Of a DNA stretch of 64,000 nucleotides, positions 21,798 to 35,730 are shown piece by piece. Within the stretch, counting starts at the first letter, position 1. The number at the start of each line of letters is the position of its first letter. The notes beneath the pieces were generated by a model, which worked only from the letters and a program-made list of their open reading frames with translations, was not told the DNA's origin and searched no databases. The translations under genes and the position numbers were made by a program. This DNA comes from Okamejei kenojei (taxonomy: Eukaryota). The stretch lies in NCBI GenBank assembly GCA_035221665.1, contig CM069162.1, forward strand, positions 9,548,001 to 9,612,000, in the 5' to 3' direction.

Positions 21798-24750
21798 GCT
21801 ACACCAAACCAGAAGTTCACACCTGACAATGACACAATAAGTTGACTAACATTCTGAATATTGTTGTAAATGAATATTGGTGTATATAATAAAGCATTTA
21901 TTTCAGAAATGTAGATATTGTTGGTGTACTGAGCACTACTAAAATGTGGGTTACTTTGTGGAGAGTATAGCTTGTTCTGAGAACTAACCTTATCCCTTGA
22001 AGGTGATTTTTTTTTTAAAAAGGTTATTTTGGTGGTTTCTCTCAGGTGTATGTCAAACTATGGATAGTATTGTGTTTTTGTTCTAAACCTTCACATGACT
22101 GATGTTCTTTCATATAGGAAATGCATTAAAAAAAATTACAAACATGAGGCTTCCGCATCTGTTTTTTGAATGATTTGCTTTCTGTTGACACGTATCAGAA
22201 GTCTTTTGTCCACTGCAGGCAGTTCATGCTCAAAATTTCTGGTTGAATAGACCCAAACAGCATTGTTCACCCCGTTGCTTTATGGTCACAATGCTGCCTT
22301 GCTGTGTTCCTAATGGTGCATGTATTGTGAAGAAATCAGCTATTAAGCCTGTTTCCCATGAATAATTGTCGTTTCTCAATTTGGCTTGGTTGTAAGGTGA
22401 AAGATGAAATCGGTGAACCTTGTTCAACAATGGATGTTGCACTGGAGTTTATTCTGAGAGCAACTCTGAAGAATATTATATGATTTGATATATAAAAAAT
22501 GGAAATAAAGGCACTTCTGTGATTTAATCGTATCACTAATGCAGTTTGATATTAAACTACAGTAGACTGATTCTGTTCTCAAGGAGCAGTTTCTTTTTGT
22601 AATAATACAACAGCTTGAGTCCCATGATGAAGAATTACATGGAAATTCCTAAGGGAGAAGATTGTATCAGAGTGATATCAAAACCATGAATCATTTATAT
22701 TGATCTGCAGCTTAAGTAATGTTTGCATTTTTAGTTGAGGGGGATTGCATTTCATGACACTTTTTTAAAGTCAATATTGAGTGTTTATTAGTAAAATAAT
22801 ATCAATGTTTTTCCTGCAACTAAAAATAAGAGACATCTTCCTGAAATATAGCAATTTATCATGAATAGGTGACCAGATCAAAGGCCTGCATTAAAGATTT
22901 GCTGTAGCACATTTTCTGCTCTTCTGTGCCCAAATGGTATTTGAATATAAAGAAAGAGGATAATCTCTGAAAATGAATGCACATTATGGCTGAAAATTAT
23001 ACAATATTGTATAACTCTTGAAGTCGTATCTGCTTGTTATTTAGCCATTAAAAATGTTGTGCAAATTCTTCCAGCCCTTTACTGTCACTGTTCAAACTAA
23101 ATTGAGAATGTTTATTTCATCCAGCTGGAATAAGTATTTTTAGCTTTATTTTGCTATTTCAATATATTTAAAGAATAATATTCAGATTTATGACGTGGGA
23201 CCTTGTAAACAATGGCAGTTAGATGAAGCGTAAAATGCCATTTCGGGATAATGTTGCTTTAACTTTATACTCCTTCAAGATTGTTTCAACAGTACAAAAA
23301 TTGAAAGTTTTCTCTGTTCATACATTGAATAATATTCCTATATTTTCTCTAGAAATTATCTGGAATTTTCTGAAGAATTTTTCTTGGTGAATATCCATCT
23401 TTCTGAGCTTTTTGAAGCTAAATCAAAAATGTCTTGCACAATGTACACCAAAGCTGCTGCAAAGCACACTTGATTTTTACTTCTTTAAATTCCCTATATG
23501 AATGTATCATTGATATAATAACCTTATCTTACTATATTTAAAAGACATATCAATAATTGGTAGTAAATTGCATGGAGTCGTTGTAGAGCATTGATGTTGT
23601 CAAAATCTTCCGATAATATCATGACAGGGGAATTAACGTAGGAATGGTTTGTAATTGTCATACAAGCACACAGATGCTGTGGCCACACTTATCCCATGTT
23701 ATTTCATGTTTGTGGATACTGATGTCATAATGGATATTGGGTAAGGCAGTTGATAGAGTTGGGTAATAAGCTTGAGGATCGGCTTTGGAATTGAGGATTT
23801 GCAGCAAAATTAGTAATTGTATTCCTGTCTGGAGTAAATTTATGAGGTAGTCATTACAATAGGAAAAGTTTATTTCTTATCCTGATTAAATGGTTGCCCT
23901 TTCGGCACATCTGGGGTTTATTTAAATCGTTCAATAACTTTTTTTCTGACTTACGAGATTTTAGCATATGGATCAGCTATACAGATTTACTTTTACTTCT
24001 TTACTATAAAGACTTTCATTACAAAGGATTCCATGTACACGCTAAAAAAGAATGTTATAATTAAAGCGCTAATGTCCATTTTACAGTTGTACCGTTCTTG
24101 CTCAGCATAACATTTATGTATTTATCACTATAATAACTTATTGTATAGCTTGTCCTATTTTGCTGTTTGCAAAATTCATGGTTTTGATATCACTCTGATA
24201 CAATCTTCTCCCTTAGGAATTTCCAAGTAATATAAAAAAACTTCCAATGAATAAACATATAATTGATTCTTGTGTAAATCAAATAACTGAATCAAAGTTT
24301 AAATATGCCAGAAGTAAATATTTTGAAATAAACTATTTTTGGATTAAACTTGTTATTTTAGGCAATTCAGATTTATAAAAGGCTGATTTTATACATCCAT
24401 TATCTGTTCAAATAATATTTTAACATTGAATATTTATCAGGATTATATTGTACATTTTGGATATTTAGACACTTCATTCTTTCAGATGGAGAGCATGGAT
24501 GCCTTTATCGCACTTGAGAATGGGTGTTATCTTGAAAATGAATGTACTATATTCCAAAGTATAGCACTGAATTATAAGCATTTACTTTAAGTATGTACTT
24601 AAATATAATGCGTTGTGCAGGGATGGAGGGAGGAATGTAGATGCAATAAGCCATTACTTGAGCTAACATTTACTCAATATATTTTGCTGTGTCTTTATAA
24701 AAAGATTTCTGTACACTGATCAACTTGATCCTGGCATTAAGAAAACATTT
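21798..24750 (+). other. Candidate terminal exon and long 3' UTR
   Basis: Pyrimidine-rich acceptor ..ATTATTCTCAG. All three frames stop within ~50 nt (e.g. YTKPEVHT*). About 4 kb with no recognisable repeat, TGTAHATA-like motifs and several AATAAA. The end is uncertain. Confidence 0.45.
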
Positions 24751-26224
24751 GAGTAATTGGCTGTGACAGATGCCCAAAGATCTCTCTTGAGTGCAGTCTT
24801 TGACGGTTACAGAAGGTGTACATATAGCACAGTCCTGGCAGTAGTAACTCCCTTGGGTAATTGGCTTTGATGGATACTGGTTTCTGCATTAATACAGATC
24901 TGTGAGCTTGCGTGAGCTGAATAATGCCATCTAATGTCTTGAGGATTCTTCAGCTATCAATATATTTAGAGCTTGCAGTAGTTTATTTCCTTTTTCTACC
25001 TACCATCAGATTGTTTTTATGTATCAATTGTCCCCTAACCCTTCTCCCTCAATACTGTTTGTGCCTTTATTTTAGATTAATTGAAGCCTCTTGTTTTTGA
25101 CATTGAGAAGAATAAAAAGGGATTTTAGCAGGCATGACGCCCAAATATAACCTTGCCCTCAGCTAATACCTACAGAATTACAGTCCCAGTAGGAATAACG
25201 TGATAGCTATCAGGAATGGGAAGCCCGGATGATTTCCTTCCCCTTTAATATCTCTCTTTCTGCTTCTCTCACCATCTCTTCCAGTTATTTGCTTTCCCTC
25301 TTTGTCTTTTTACTTTCTCTCTCATTTTAACTAAAGAATGCCAAAACTAATTTGAGTTGCCTTTCACCAACCAGGTTGATATTAATAAATAACACAAGCA
25401 CTGATTGAGCCATGAGTTTTCATGATTTGCAGAACACGATGCAAGCAAGTTGGTTAACAATTGACAATTGGAATTGTTTAAAATATACCTTTAAAATGGT
25501 CATTGTTCAGTAATGTGGAGCCATTCCATGATTGTAAGGTGGGATTTCCCTGCAGTATTTTATAAATCTTATCCATGAGCATCTTAACTTAAGAACATCA
25601 CCCCTAGTCGGTTTATTGCTTTTTTTCTTGCCTTCTGCAACGAGTTCTCTGTTTTCTTATTCATTCTAAACTTCTCCCTCCACTTAAACTCTGCTGTGTG
25701 AATATTGCTCCAGAGCGTTGCCATATGGTGTGGCCTATTTACTCGGACAGCCCTGATCACTTCCTTGAGGCCATCTCTAATTACTTCCTTGTATCCCGCA
25801 ACTGCCAGATACCAATCCTGCTTTTATCCATCCTGTATTGTCCAACTCTCATCCAAATGTCCCCCACCTTTGGTGCAAATTTTAACCAGTTGTTGAAAAT
25901 ATATACTTTAGTTATCCATCTATGACTTTGGTGGGATCGCATCAAAAAATTTGGCTGCAGTTTACATTGCCATAGCAGTCTCCCCTCTTTCCTCACCTAA
26001 AGATAAGTAGGAGATGAACACAGACTATTTTGTCATCTGTCTGTTATCCTTCACATCCTTCCTCTGCTTTTAAGAACATAAGAAATTGAAGTGGGGGTAG
26101 ATTTTTTGGCCCCTTTAGCCGCCTTGCCAAGACATTAAGGCTTCCCAAATCCTGGCTGTGAATCCATGGTACTTCCACATTCGGATTTTGGCTAGAGCCA
26201 GAACACGGAAACAGTCATAATCAA

Positions 26225-26430
26225 AATTGGACACGCAGTGCTAGAGTAACTCAGCTCTCAGACACGTGATGTTTTGGGCTGGGACCCTTCTTCAGTCAGT
26301 CTGAAATCCTGATCAGGATCCGAAACATCATCTATCCACTCTCTCCGGAGATGCTGCCTGACCTGCTGAGTTACTCCAGCACTTTATGTCCTTTTTTGTA
26401 AGCTAGCATCTGTAGTTCTTTGTATCCACA
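26225..26430. mobile_element. PLE-derived palindromic insert
   Basis: GTGCTAGAGTAACTCAGC and GCTGAGTTACTCCAGCAC form inverted arms around GACCCTTCTTCAG. Confidence 0.75.
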
Positions 26431-28759
26431 CAGGCAAAGGTACGCTAACATGGTGTGCCAAACAGTCTTCCTCCAAAACTTGTTTTATCCATTTTTGTTC
26501 AACTGCCATTACCTGATTCTAATTTTAGAGTCCAATTATAGATAAAGTATCTGAACAGCAGTAATTATAACAGAATTAAAAGATTTTAATGTAGTAAAGC
26601 AATGCAAGACACTTCACCAGGGCATAATTAAATATGATGTTGAGATAGTTAGCTAAAAGCTAGGTCAAAGAATGAGATGTTGAAGAATCCTTGGGAGGAG
26701 AGGGAAACGGACTGATAAAGAGTTAGAAGTAAATATCGGATTTTAGGACCCACGTAGCAGCTAAAGACAAAGTCATTAATGTAGGGCGATGGAAATAGAG
26801 GCCAAAATTAGACACTGGAGATTTGATCATGATTGGGCGGGAGGAGGTTTTAGAACTGAGGGAACTGGAGCAGTTATTCTGAGAGTCAACCTGAGAGAGC
26901 AAGTGAGTGATGGATGAACAATAACTTCTATGTACATGGGTTCATTATCGGAAGTTAGAATTTGGGTGACCTTAACCATGCTTTCATTAGATCTGGATTT
27001 AGTTGTGTAGAAATTGCCAAGAGTAACAAAGGTGTGGACGAGGCTTTCAGCAGCTGGTAGCTGAGCTGAGGCAGAGGTCCCATGTGTGCAATTTACCAAA
27101 TGATTCTTGTAAAGGTAGGAATATCTGAATCTCAAACAATAAAACCCAAATTCTTGATTTGTGCCGTGTGTGTTTATCTTGCAGCAGTTTACATTTGTGC
27201 CAATACGTAAAAAGATGTAAAAGTCCACATAAATTTGGCGTTCTTGGTTTGATGTGCTAAGCTATTTTATTTGCCCTATAGTTAATGCAAGACAGACTGC
27301 GATTTGAATCTGGAATCTATCTCATCTTAACCAGTTTACCATGTGTGACACTAAAAAGAAGTTATGGCGTGTTTTATAACATTCATTCTCCTCTAAGTTT
27401 TTGGCTTGAAATTAAAATCTTGTTCAAGGAAGCTTTTCATTTCTAACATGAGCCAGTTAGTCTTTTTTATGGAGATTTGTTGGGACTTGCATAACTCTCA
27501 TGGTTGAATAAAACTGATGTGTGATCATGTTATAACTGCCACACTGGTAGCCCCCATAAGTCACGGTTTGTAATGCTAATAGTTAAATATATTAAAATCT
27601 GCTCAAACTCCTGGATATAATGACCAAAGAAAAGCAGGAACATTTGCCTTGATGGTACTCACTGCTTTCATAATAATGTAAAAGTTGATGAACATTATTA
27701 CCATCTTTGAATAATTGATGTTCTAATTAATCATGACATACAAGTACTGAGTTGTTCAGCTCCAAGAGATTGAAAATTCAAGATGTTGTGCAGTTTTTCA
27801 CTGATACTTATTCACCTTATGGGTGGTGTCTTGCAAATACATAACAGCAACAATTTATACACTGAAAAAACATTTATTGGATGTAAAAACAGGCTGCAAA
27901 CCTGAACTAAAGCATCCCTGACCATAGGTGCAAGTAGTTCAATGTTTTCATGCGTATCAGGTTTTGTAAACCTGAGATCCTGTGCAATGTTACAAAATTG
28001 TAAATCAGTCCAGATTGGAAGCCAATGCATTGTGCTCTCCTACATATCTTTCTATCATCAAAGAAGCATGTAAAATGAAATAATCTGTATGATCTGCTGC
28101 TGCATGTAAAAATGACTGGTCTGTGCCAAACAGTTTTTAACTAAGGTCGGCATCACCTGTGGATAGTCAGTGAAAGTGTGCCAGGCCAATTTGAATTAGT
28201 TGTCCAAATTTTTGGCAAAAATGGAATTAATGTTTTCATACATGAACTTTAACTCAACCATTATCACATTACATTCTACCATAGAAAATGACCTGGAGTG
28301 AGAATAGCTCAATCCTAAACCAAAGCCTGGATCAGATGATAGGCCAGCTGGCAAAGATCCCTACTAAGGCTGTTTATCTCACTTTGCAAAGCTTGCTGTG
28401 TTTGGCTTCTGTGACGAGTTTCCAGATTTGACTGAAACGTGTCTTAAGAACACAAGAAATAGGCAGCTCAATGACATAATTCACAATGCGTTAGCAGAGT
28501 AATAGAGCTACTGCCTCACAACGCTGTTGACCTAGGTTCAATCTTTGCAAGCTTTGTTTGGAGTTTGCATGTTCTTCTTGTAACCACATGAGTTTTTTCT
28601 GGGTTCCTTCTAGGTGTCATGGATGTGCCGGTTGGTAGGTTAATTGGCCACTGCAAATAGCACCTTTAGTGTGGGTGAGTGTGAAAAACTGGGGTAGTTG
28701 ATGGGAATGAGGGAGAATAAAAATTGAATTAGTGTAAATGCATGCTTGATCGTCTATGG

Positions 28760-29189
28760 CAGGGGTTGGCAACCTACGGCCCCCAGGCCGAATGCGGCCC
28801 ATAACCCAAAATCACATGGCCCACAGGCGGATTTTTTCCCCCGTAATCAACCATCCCGCTGGGCGCCCCGAGCAGCGGTCGGGCTCTGGCTTCACCGCAT
28901 CCTGTGCAAAGCCGCCGACATGGCTGCGTACCTTCTGTGAACATGTTTAAGAAAGAAATGCATATGCTGGAAAAATCGAAGGTAGACAAAGCGCTGGAGA
29001 AACTCAGCGGGTGCGACATGCAAGGATTCTCCAGCATTTTTGTCTACCTTCTGTGAACACGTGATTTGATGCCTGCCATCCGGGGCAGGATGGGAACGGG
29101 ATCCATGTGGACACGTGATAGATGTGGCCCGCCATCCGCGCACAGATATGCGTCCTGGCCCCTATGCAGAACAAGGTTGACGACCTCTG
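28760..29189. mobile_element. hAT-Charlie-like MITE
   Basis: Imperfect TIRs CAGGGGTTGGCAACCT / AGGTTGACGACCTCTG. Perfect 8-bp TSD GTCTATGG at 28752-28759 and 29190-29197. Subterminal CGGCCC motifs. Confidence 0.9.
28944..29050. mobile_element. PLE-derived palindromic insert nested in the MITE
   Basis: GAAGGTAGACAAA..GCTGGAGAA / TTCTCCAGCATTTTTGTCTACCTTC arms. Direct repeat TACCTTCTGTGAACA at 28929-28943 and 29044-29058. Confidence 0.8.
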
Positions 29190-29429
29190 GTCTATGGGGA
29201 CTTGTTGGGACGGAGGTCCTGTTTCCAAGCCATACGACTCCATGAATCTTGGAACGGGCAGAGGCCGCATGCCTTTCATCTTGTCCACAAAAGCCTGCTC
29301 TACCATTCACTAAGATCGTGGTTGCATTGAAGGTTTGCGCCAACTGTCTTCCTGTGTGATCTCATAATCCCCATATCCCATAGTATATAAAAATATATGT
29401 AATTTCAATGTCTCAACATCCACTGGATC

Positions 29430-29880
29430 ATGATGCAGAGAATTTCAAAATTGGACAATAGATATTTCTTCTTAGTCTTAAATGGGTGAACTTTTTTTTA
29501 TGCTCGGCCGCTGGCTCCACACTTCCACAGGGAAATTATGTTCACACGTCAACCATCACAATTAAATAAGCATAAAGAAGATTGCCTTCTATTCATCTAA
29601 ACAGAAGCCAGTATAGTTCCAGTCTGCTCAATCTTTACTTATAAGAGAATTATTTCATCCCAAGAATATACCTTCTGAACTTTTTCTGTACCACCTTGAA
29701 GGCGTTTATTGTTAAATAAGGAGATTAAAACTGCACCAAATACTACATCTGTGTTTTTATTAAAACCATGCACAGTTGTAGGAAGTCTTCCCTACTAGGA
29801 ACTGTCTACCTTGCATTAAAGTCTGACATCTCATTTGCCTTCCTAATTATTTTCTCCACTTGCTTGTATACTTTGTGTTT
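29430..29880 (-). mobile_element. Old CR1 fragment
   Basis: Decayed reverse-strand CR1 signatures (AAACTGCACCAAATACTAC, ATTTGCCTTCCTAATTA). Confidence 0.5.
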
Positions 29881-30729
29881 CTCAATGTCCAGCATCACAT
29901 GTTGAGAGGTGAAAGTAAAACTGCAAAAGCAAATTTGATTTGAATATGTTGTGGAAAAGTTTTAAAATTTTAATGTATATTTTCATATGTGCAACTTTTC
30001 CCCAATTACTGCTTTTCTTGGTCCATGTTAGAAACCTTTTAAAAAAATATGTAAAAGTGCTGATAATTGCCATTGGATTATAGAGCAAAATCTATTTCGA
30101 AACACATAGTTTTTATTTTCATTTTTTAATGTGCAGTTCGTAGGGTATTTGGTGAAAACCAAAGATGCTTCGTCTTAGTTGCATAAAATATTGTATCTGT
30201 TCGATTTCAGTGGTCTAGCCATGGGTCCTAAACCGCTGTATTGTACACTGTTATGATTAACATACGTATTTTGTGTGATTTACTGTGTTCTTTTTCTCAG
30301 TTTCTTCAACAGCCCTTTATAAATAAATTACACGTTTCAACATTATTTGGCAGTTATATCTAGAGCAGCATCTAAGGACAAGATCACATGCAGGGGAATT
30401 GGTGTGCAATCTAGAATTCAATGATCACATCAAGTTAATAATTCAAAGATTATGATTTTTTTCTAATCTAGGTTGCAAAGCAACAATCACATTTTCGTGA
30501 GATATGAGGGTATAATTGGAGTAAATTTATTTTAGCAGGCAAAGTTGCAGCATAATTGTCAGGGCACATTTCCTTTAGTATCTTTGTGTCGCTTTCTAAG
30601 GTCGTGGTTGGTTTTGAATTTATTGCGCTTCAAAGAAAAAGTGGGACTCACTTGAACAGACCTTTGAAAACAATATAAAAATGACATCTGTAATTCATCG
30701 AATTGTAAAATAAGGAATAATGCAGAAGG

Positions 30730-31760
30730 AAGCATTCAGCCTATGTCTGAACCAGTCAAAAATGAGTTACCCAACCTAATTCCCTCCAGCATAAAATCCG
30801 TAGCCCTTTAAGTAACGGCTGTTGAGTACACATTCAATCTGTTTTTCTTTAAATATGATGATCTCTGTCTTTACCATTCATTCAGACCCTGACCACCTCT
30901 AGGTGAAAATATATTTCTTCATCTCCTCTATAATCCTCCTACCAATTACTTTAGATCTGTGCCCCCTGGTTTTTGACATGTGCTCAGGGAAATAGATTGT
31001 ATTTATCATAATTTTATATGCTCCATTTAAGTCTCCCTTCAGCCTCCCCTATTCCAAAGAAACCAATCCTAATTTACCCAATCTTTCTTTATTGCTGAAA
31101 TCTTCCTTTCCTGGCAGCATTTTTATAAATGCCCTCAATGCTGTTTCAACTGAAACTATATGAATGTGGTGACTGGACTCATATACCACAATTTAACAAG
31201 TGTAATATTGCATAAGCTCCCAGATCTAATTTCACAGCTACTAAAGAAAAGCATCATAAATGTTTTTTTTTAAACTACCTTACTGATCTATTGTTATCAT
31301 TTAAGGATCTGTGAGCACCCACTCCAAGGTTACTCTGTGCCATTCAACATCTTCCTGTTTATTGTTTTTTTCCACTGTCTATGCACAACCTCCCACTTCT
31401 CTGGATGAAATCCCACTTGCAATTTTTCTGTCTACCCAATCTCAGTGTTTGTGTCTCCCTAAAATATATAATGCTTACTTCCTCACTGTCAACCACAGAG
31501 CCAATATATGCAACTTTGCAGACTCCTTTACCAAGTCCCCTATACCTAAGGCTAAGTAAGTAATGTAAACCACAAAAAGCAAAGAACCATATACTGCACT
31601 TTGTAAAACTTTAATGGCAATAGTTTTCCAGTCACTGCTTTCTTTTTCCTATCACTGAGCCAGTTTTGAATCTCTTTTACCACCGCTTTCGATCCTCTGC
31701 ATCCTCACCACGTGCCATTTAACACCTTGTCAATAGGCATGCTAAAATCCAGGTAGTTTA
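30730..31760 (-). mobile_element. Old CR1 fragment
   Basis: ACCACCTCTAGGTGAAAA..CCCCTGGTT..TCTCCCTTCAGCCTCC..GCAACTTTGCAGAC, a decayed CR1 RT/3' pattern. Confidence 0.55.
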
Positions 31761-33844
31761 TTATGCCCATATAATCAGTATCAGAATTGGTTTATTATTA
31801 TCACATGTTTCTAGATGCAGTGAAAATAGAAAAATGCCAGAATGCAGAATATGGTGTTGCAATATTATAGCATTACAACTACAGAAAAAGTGCAGATGAA
31901 AGTAAGTGCAAGGGTCACAATGAGATAAGTAAGATCGGGACTACATCCTCACTTTAATCATGGAACTGCCAGTATCCACGGACATGTATTTTGTGAAAAA
32001 TTCAAAGCGGCTCTGGTTCCAAAACCTGCAGAGATCAAGAAAAATTCAATGGAAGAGGAAATGGTTCACATTTATTCTTGTAAAGATTTGGAGTCTGAGT
32101 AAACTGTCCCTGAGTGTGCACAGTATCCACGGACGATTTCTATTTATTTGCGGATACCTGACACGCTGTGCAGTTGTATAATGACAATGTGCTGTTTCTG
32201 GGAAGTTGCTGATCTTTAATAAAAGGAACGCTATCTGGGCTGGAAGCAACAGAATAAATATCTTAAATTGAGAGATTTTTGTGATCTTCCTGGCACGCAC
32301 TCACTGGGTTTTATTTCTTGTTACAATTAAGATTAGCATGGTTGACAACAATATAAATGGTTACTTTGAGAACTCCCTATGCGTTTGACATCCTTTTCTG
32401 TTTCTGTTGAAAATGCTTTTTCAAAGTGAGTATCTGAAAAGTCCACATTGCTTACTTAAATTTAATGCCCAATTTAAACAGTATAAAATTACTTGCTTTA
32501 TATATGTCCTGGAAAATGATTGATGCCTGCTTAAAGCTATCCTTTTGTTTTGTTCCAAATTTAATCTTGCATTCCATGATACTTGAAAAACACCAGACTG
32601 CCTCTTCCCAGAATTAGGTCTCTTTGAAGTTTACTTTTCAGGTTAAACCTGGCTCATTTTTGAGAGGACTTGGAATTTAATTAGGCAAGCTGTGTAATAC
32701 ACAAAATTCTTGTTTAAGCAAGGACGATTAGTTTTAAATAACCGGCATAAGAGTTAGTGCTTTAGATTTATATGATTGTATTTTTGTCTGTATTGCCTTT
32801 TAGACCTCGCAGACCAGTACTATTTCTTCTGCAGCTGCAGAAGTGCTAAATGGATCTAATTAGAATATGACTTGTCAGCATGAATTGACAGGTCATTTTG
32901 AAATTGTCAGATCGGAGTATACTGACCGTCAATGTCCAGACCGTCAGTTGTCATCATCAAAAACGCCAAAGAAATAGACCAGTCTCCATAAACACTGAAA
33001 TGGTATATAACTGAAGATACTAAACTAGAATCTAACCTCCATTTATAGGAGGGCTGTAAAGTTCTTGAGCTTTGCTCTTCTGTTTGATGGTGTTATATGT
33101 ACCACTGTTTAGATTACAGCCTAGCAATTGTTATTATTATAACCCATCCCGATTCCCAACCTCTGCCACACCACAACTCTATTGCCATCTATTATTTATA
33201 TTTATAGACTTTTTTTTGCTGTTGCAGTTGAACAAATATACAGCCAAAGATTATGCTTTTTTGACCCAGTGGAGAAGTGCTTGTTTTCTTCACAAATTGT
33301 AAATTGACCATGGGGTTATCAACGCAGTATGCTTGGGGGTAAAAAAACCCTCAAGTTTTCCAAGTTGTTTGAAGCACATTCCTATTTTTACAGGTTCCTT
33401 GAAATAACAGTAATATGCCATAATTCCATTCACGGCTTCGCAGTAATGTTTGAACCCTTTAACTTGACTTTGCTAGATTCATTTTGTTAGGTTAGAACCA
33501 TAGAACAGTCCTTAACGAAGCGGACTGATGTCAAACCATAGCAATATTATAAATAACTAAATAATTTAATTGTTGTAAAGAACATTTATTTCCAGGATAT
33601 TAGCGATGATCTTTTTCCCAGGATCACAATATCTTGCAGAAGGTATAGTGAAGATTTGGCATTTGTTATTGGTTTATCATTGTTGCATATACCAAGATAG
33701 AGTGAAAATCTGTGTTTGTTTGGTATCCAGTCAAATCATACCATGCATGGGTACAGTTAAGTCATGCACAAGTACAATGAGTAGAGAAAATACCAGATTG
33801 TAGAATTAAGTGCCACCGTTCTAATGTTGCATTTAATTGGAGAC

Positions 33845-34030
33845 ATGAGACTGCAGATGCAAAAAACAAAATACTGGAGTAACTTGGCAAATCAGGCAGC
33901 ATATGTGGAAGGTAATGGACAGAGGATATTTCAGGTTGGGTCCCGAAAGACCCCAGTCAAAGGTCCCAACCTGAACCGTCAACTGCCCATTTCCATCCAG
34001 AGATGCTGCCTGGCCCTCAGAGTTCCTCCA
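33845..34030. mobile_element. PLE-derived palindromic insert (old)
   Basis: CAGGCAGCAT..TTTCAGGTTGGG / CCCAACCTGAA..GATGCTGCCTG inverted arms. Confidence 0.65.
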
Positions 34031-35677
34031 GGTCTTCGAGGTTCATTGCCTTTTCTTGGCAGTATAGTAACCCTTTCTCTTTGATCTAATACATTGTCTA
34101 ATTTCTCTTGATAGCTATTTTTCCTGCATTTTACTTTAAAGTAATCATGTAAACTATGTATTAATTGTATAAATGTTAGCTATTGCTTGTTTGCTGTCAT
34201 CCTTTTTAATTTAGTTAGCCTGTCTACTCAAGCCAACACATGCATCACGTTACCTTTGCTCCAATTTAAGACTTAGATTTCAGATCAGGTAAATAGCTTT
34301 CAGTTTTTACATTAAATAATTTCATTTTATGATTATTATTCTCTGAAGTTTAATTTACAGCACAGCATGCGGTTGATCTTTACTGAGGCTTGCTTTTGCT
34401 TCTTCTGAGGCTTGCTTTTGTTCTTGTCAAAGTCTACAGTAGAGGACACAAAAGTGCTGAGTCCTGAAGAACAAGGTTCAATCTTATTAGGTATTAAGGC
34501 TGAACCATAACCACAGTTAAATAAACTCTCAATTTATACTATTTGGACCATGTTAGGAACGATTTGGCATCAAATAGTTTGAGACTTGTTGTTCAATGCA
34601 AACATGGTAGATTGGATTAAACTAGAAATTGAGTTAGCATTCAGTTTATGATCTCCAAATAAATATATTATAAAATCAAGTTAACGAACCTCCAGCGCAT
34701 TACATTATAAACAACATGTGCTCATTGAGGTATGTGCAAATTGTCAGGTAAACCACCTGGTTCACTAGTTTTCTCTAGTTAAGGAAATCTGTCATCCTTG
34801 CCCCTATTTGTCTTTCTATGAGCCGGAAACTCGTGGTTGGGTTTAGGTTTATTTATTTTTATCACTGGTACCAAGATACAGTGAAAAGCTTTGTTTTGTA
34901 TGCTATCCACACAGATCAGATAATCAGTTCAAACTCAAGTACAATAGATGGAGCAACGGGGAAGATGCAGCGTGCAGAATATATTTCTCAGCATTGGAGA
35001 GCATCAGTTCCTTAGACAAAGTCCAATGTCCTCGTTGGCATAGAGGTGAATCAAACAGCACTCTAGCTTATGGAAGCCTGTTGAAAGAGGGGAAGAAGCC
35101 GTTCCTGAGTCTGGTGGTGCGTGTTTTCAAGCTCTGTACCCTTTACTGGACAGGAGCCACGAGGACTAGACTTGCATTTGCCGCAGTTCAGAAGCAAATG
35201 GAGATAAATAATAATTGCAAACCTTGCCAGTGAATTAAGATAAAAATGTAGATACTTTTCCAATTAATAGTATTGTGGGAAGGAACACCCTTAGCATAGA
35301 GAATATAGAGGTCAAGATGGCCCATTGTCATGGCAGGAGCAACAAGGAATGCATCATATCCCACAGTCAAAGAGCAATAAGAATGATCCTTCCTGGTTTG
35401 GGGTGATTAGCCCTCCTGAGGTATATAGTCTATAGAACAAAATGAAATGTTGATGCCAGACAATAGCTTTGATCTCCTGAGTTTGAAGGATTAAAAAAAT
35501 AAATAAACCAGTTAGAAAAGTGAAGGCTTTATATATTGCCAAACATTTCAGCATGTAATGAACACTTCCAAATATTGAGAGGCCATTTGGATTGCTGAGT
35601 TTAAAAAAATAAATCCAAATCATAATCCCATTAATCCTAGTGTTTGCAATTTGCCAGCTCGCAGTCATTCAACAGCG

Positions 35678-35730
35678 GAAGGTTTAGGTCTGAAGAAGGG
35701 TCTCGACCCGAAACGTCGCCTATCTCCTTC
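35678..35730 (+). ncRNA. Minimal type I hammerhead ribozyme motif, intact core
   Basis: UAGGU-CUGAAGA-A-GGGU(CUCG)ACCC-GAAA-C-GUC^-GCCUA. Stem I is UAGGU/GCCUA, extended by GAAGG/CCUUC. Stem III is reduced to the palindrome ACGU. Confidence 0.7.

Larger units (their letters stand above)
28490..29240 (+). mobile_element. tRNA-derived SINE (HE1/V-SINE-like) split by a hAT MITE
   Basis: Head GAGCTACTGCCTCACA..GGTTCAATC, body TGGAGTTTGCATGTTCT..GGTTAATTGGCC. The tail resumes after 29197. Confidence 0.75.

Noticed and set aside
34383-34424. 22-bp tandem duplication (similar ones at 18288-18333 and 21576-21599)
   Set aside because: Ordinary slippage duplications with no further structure.
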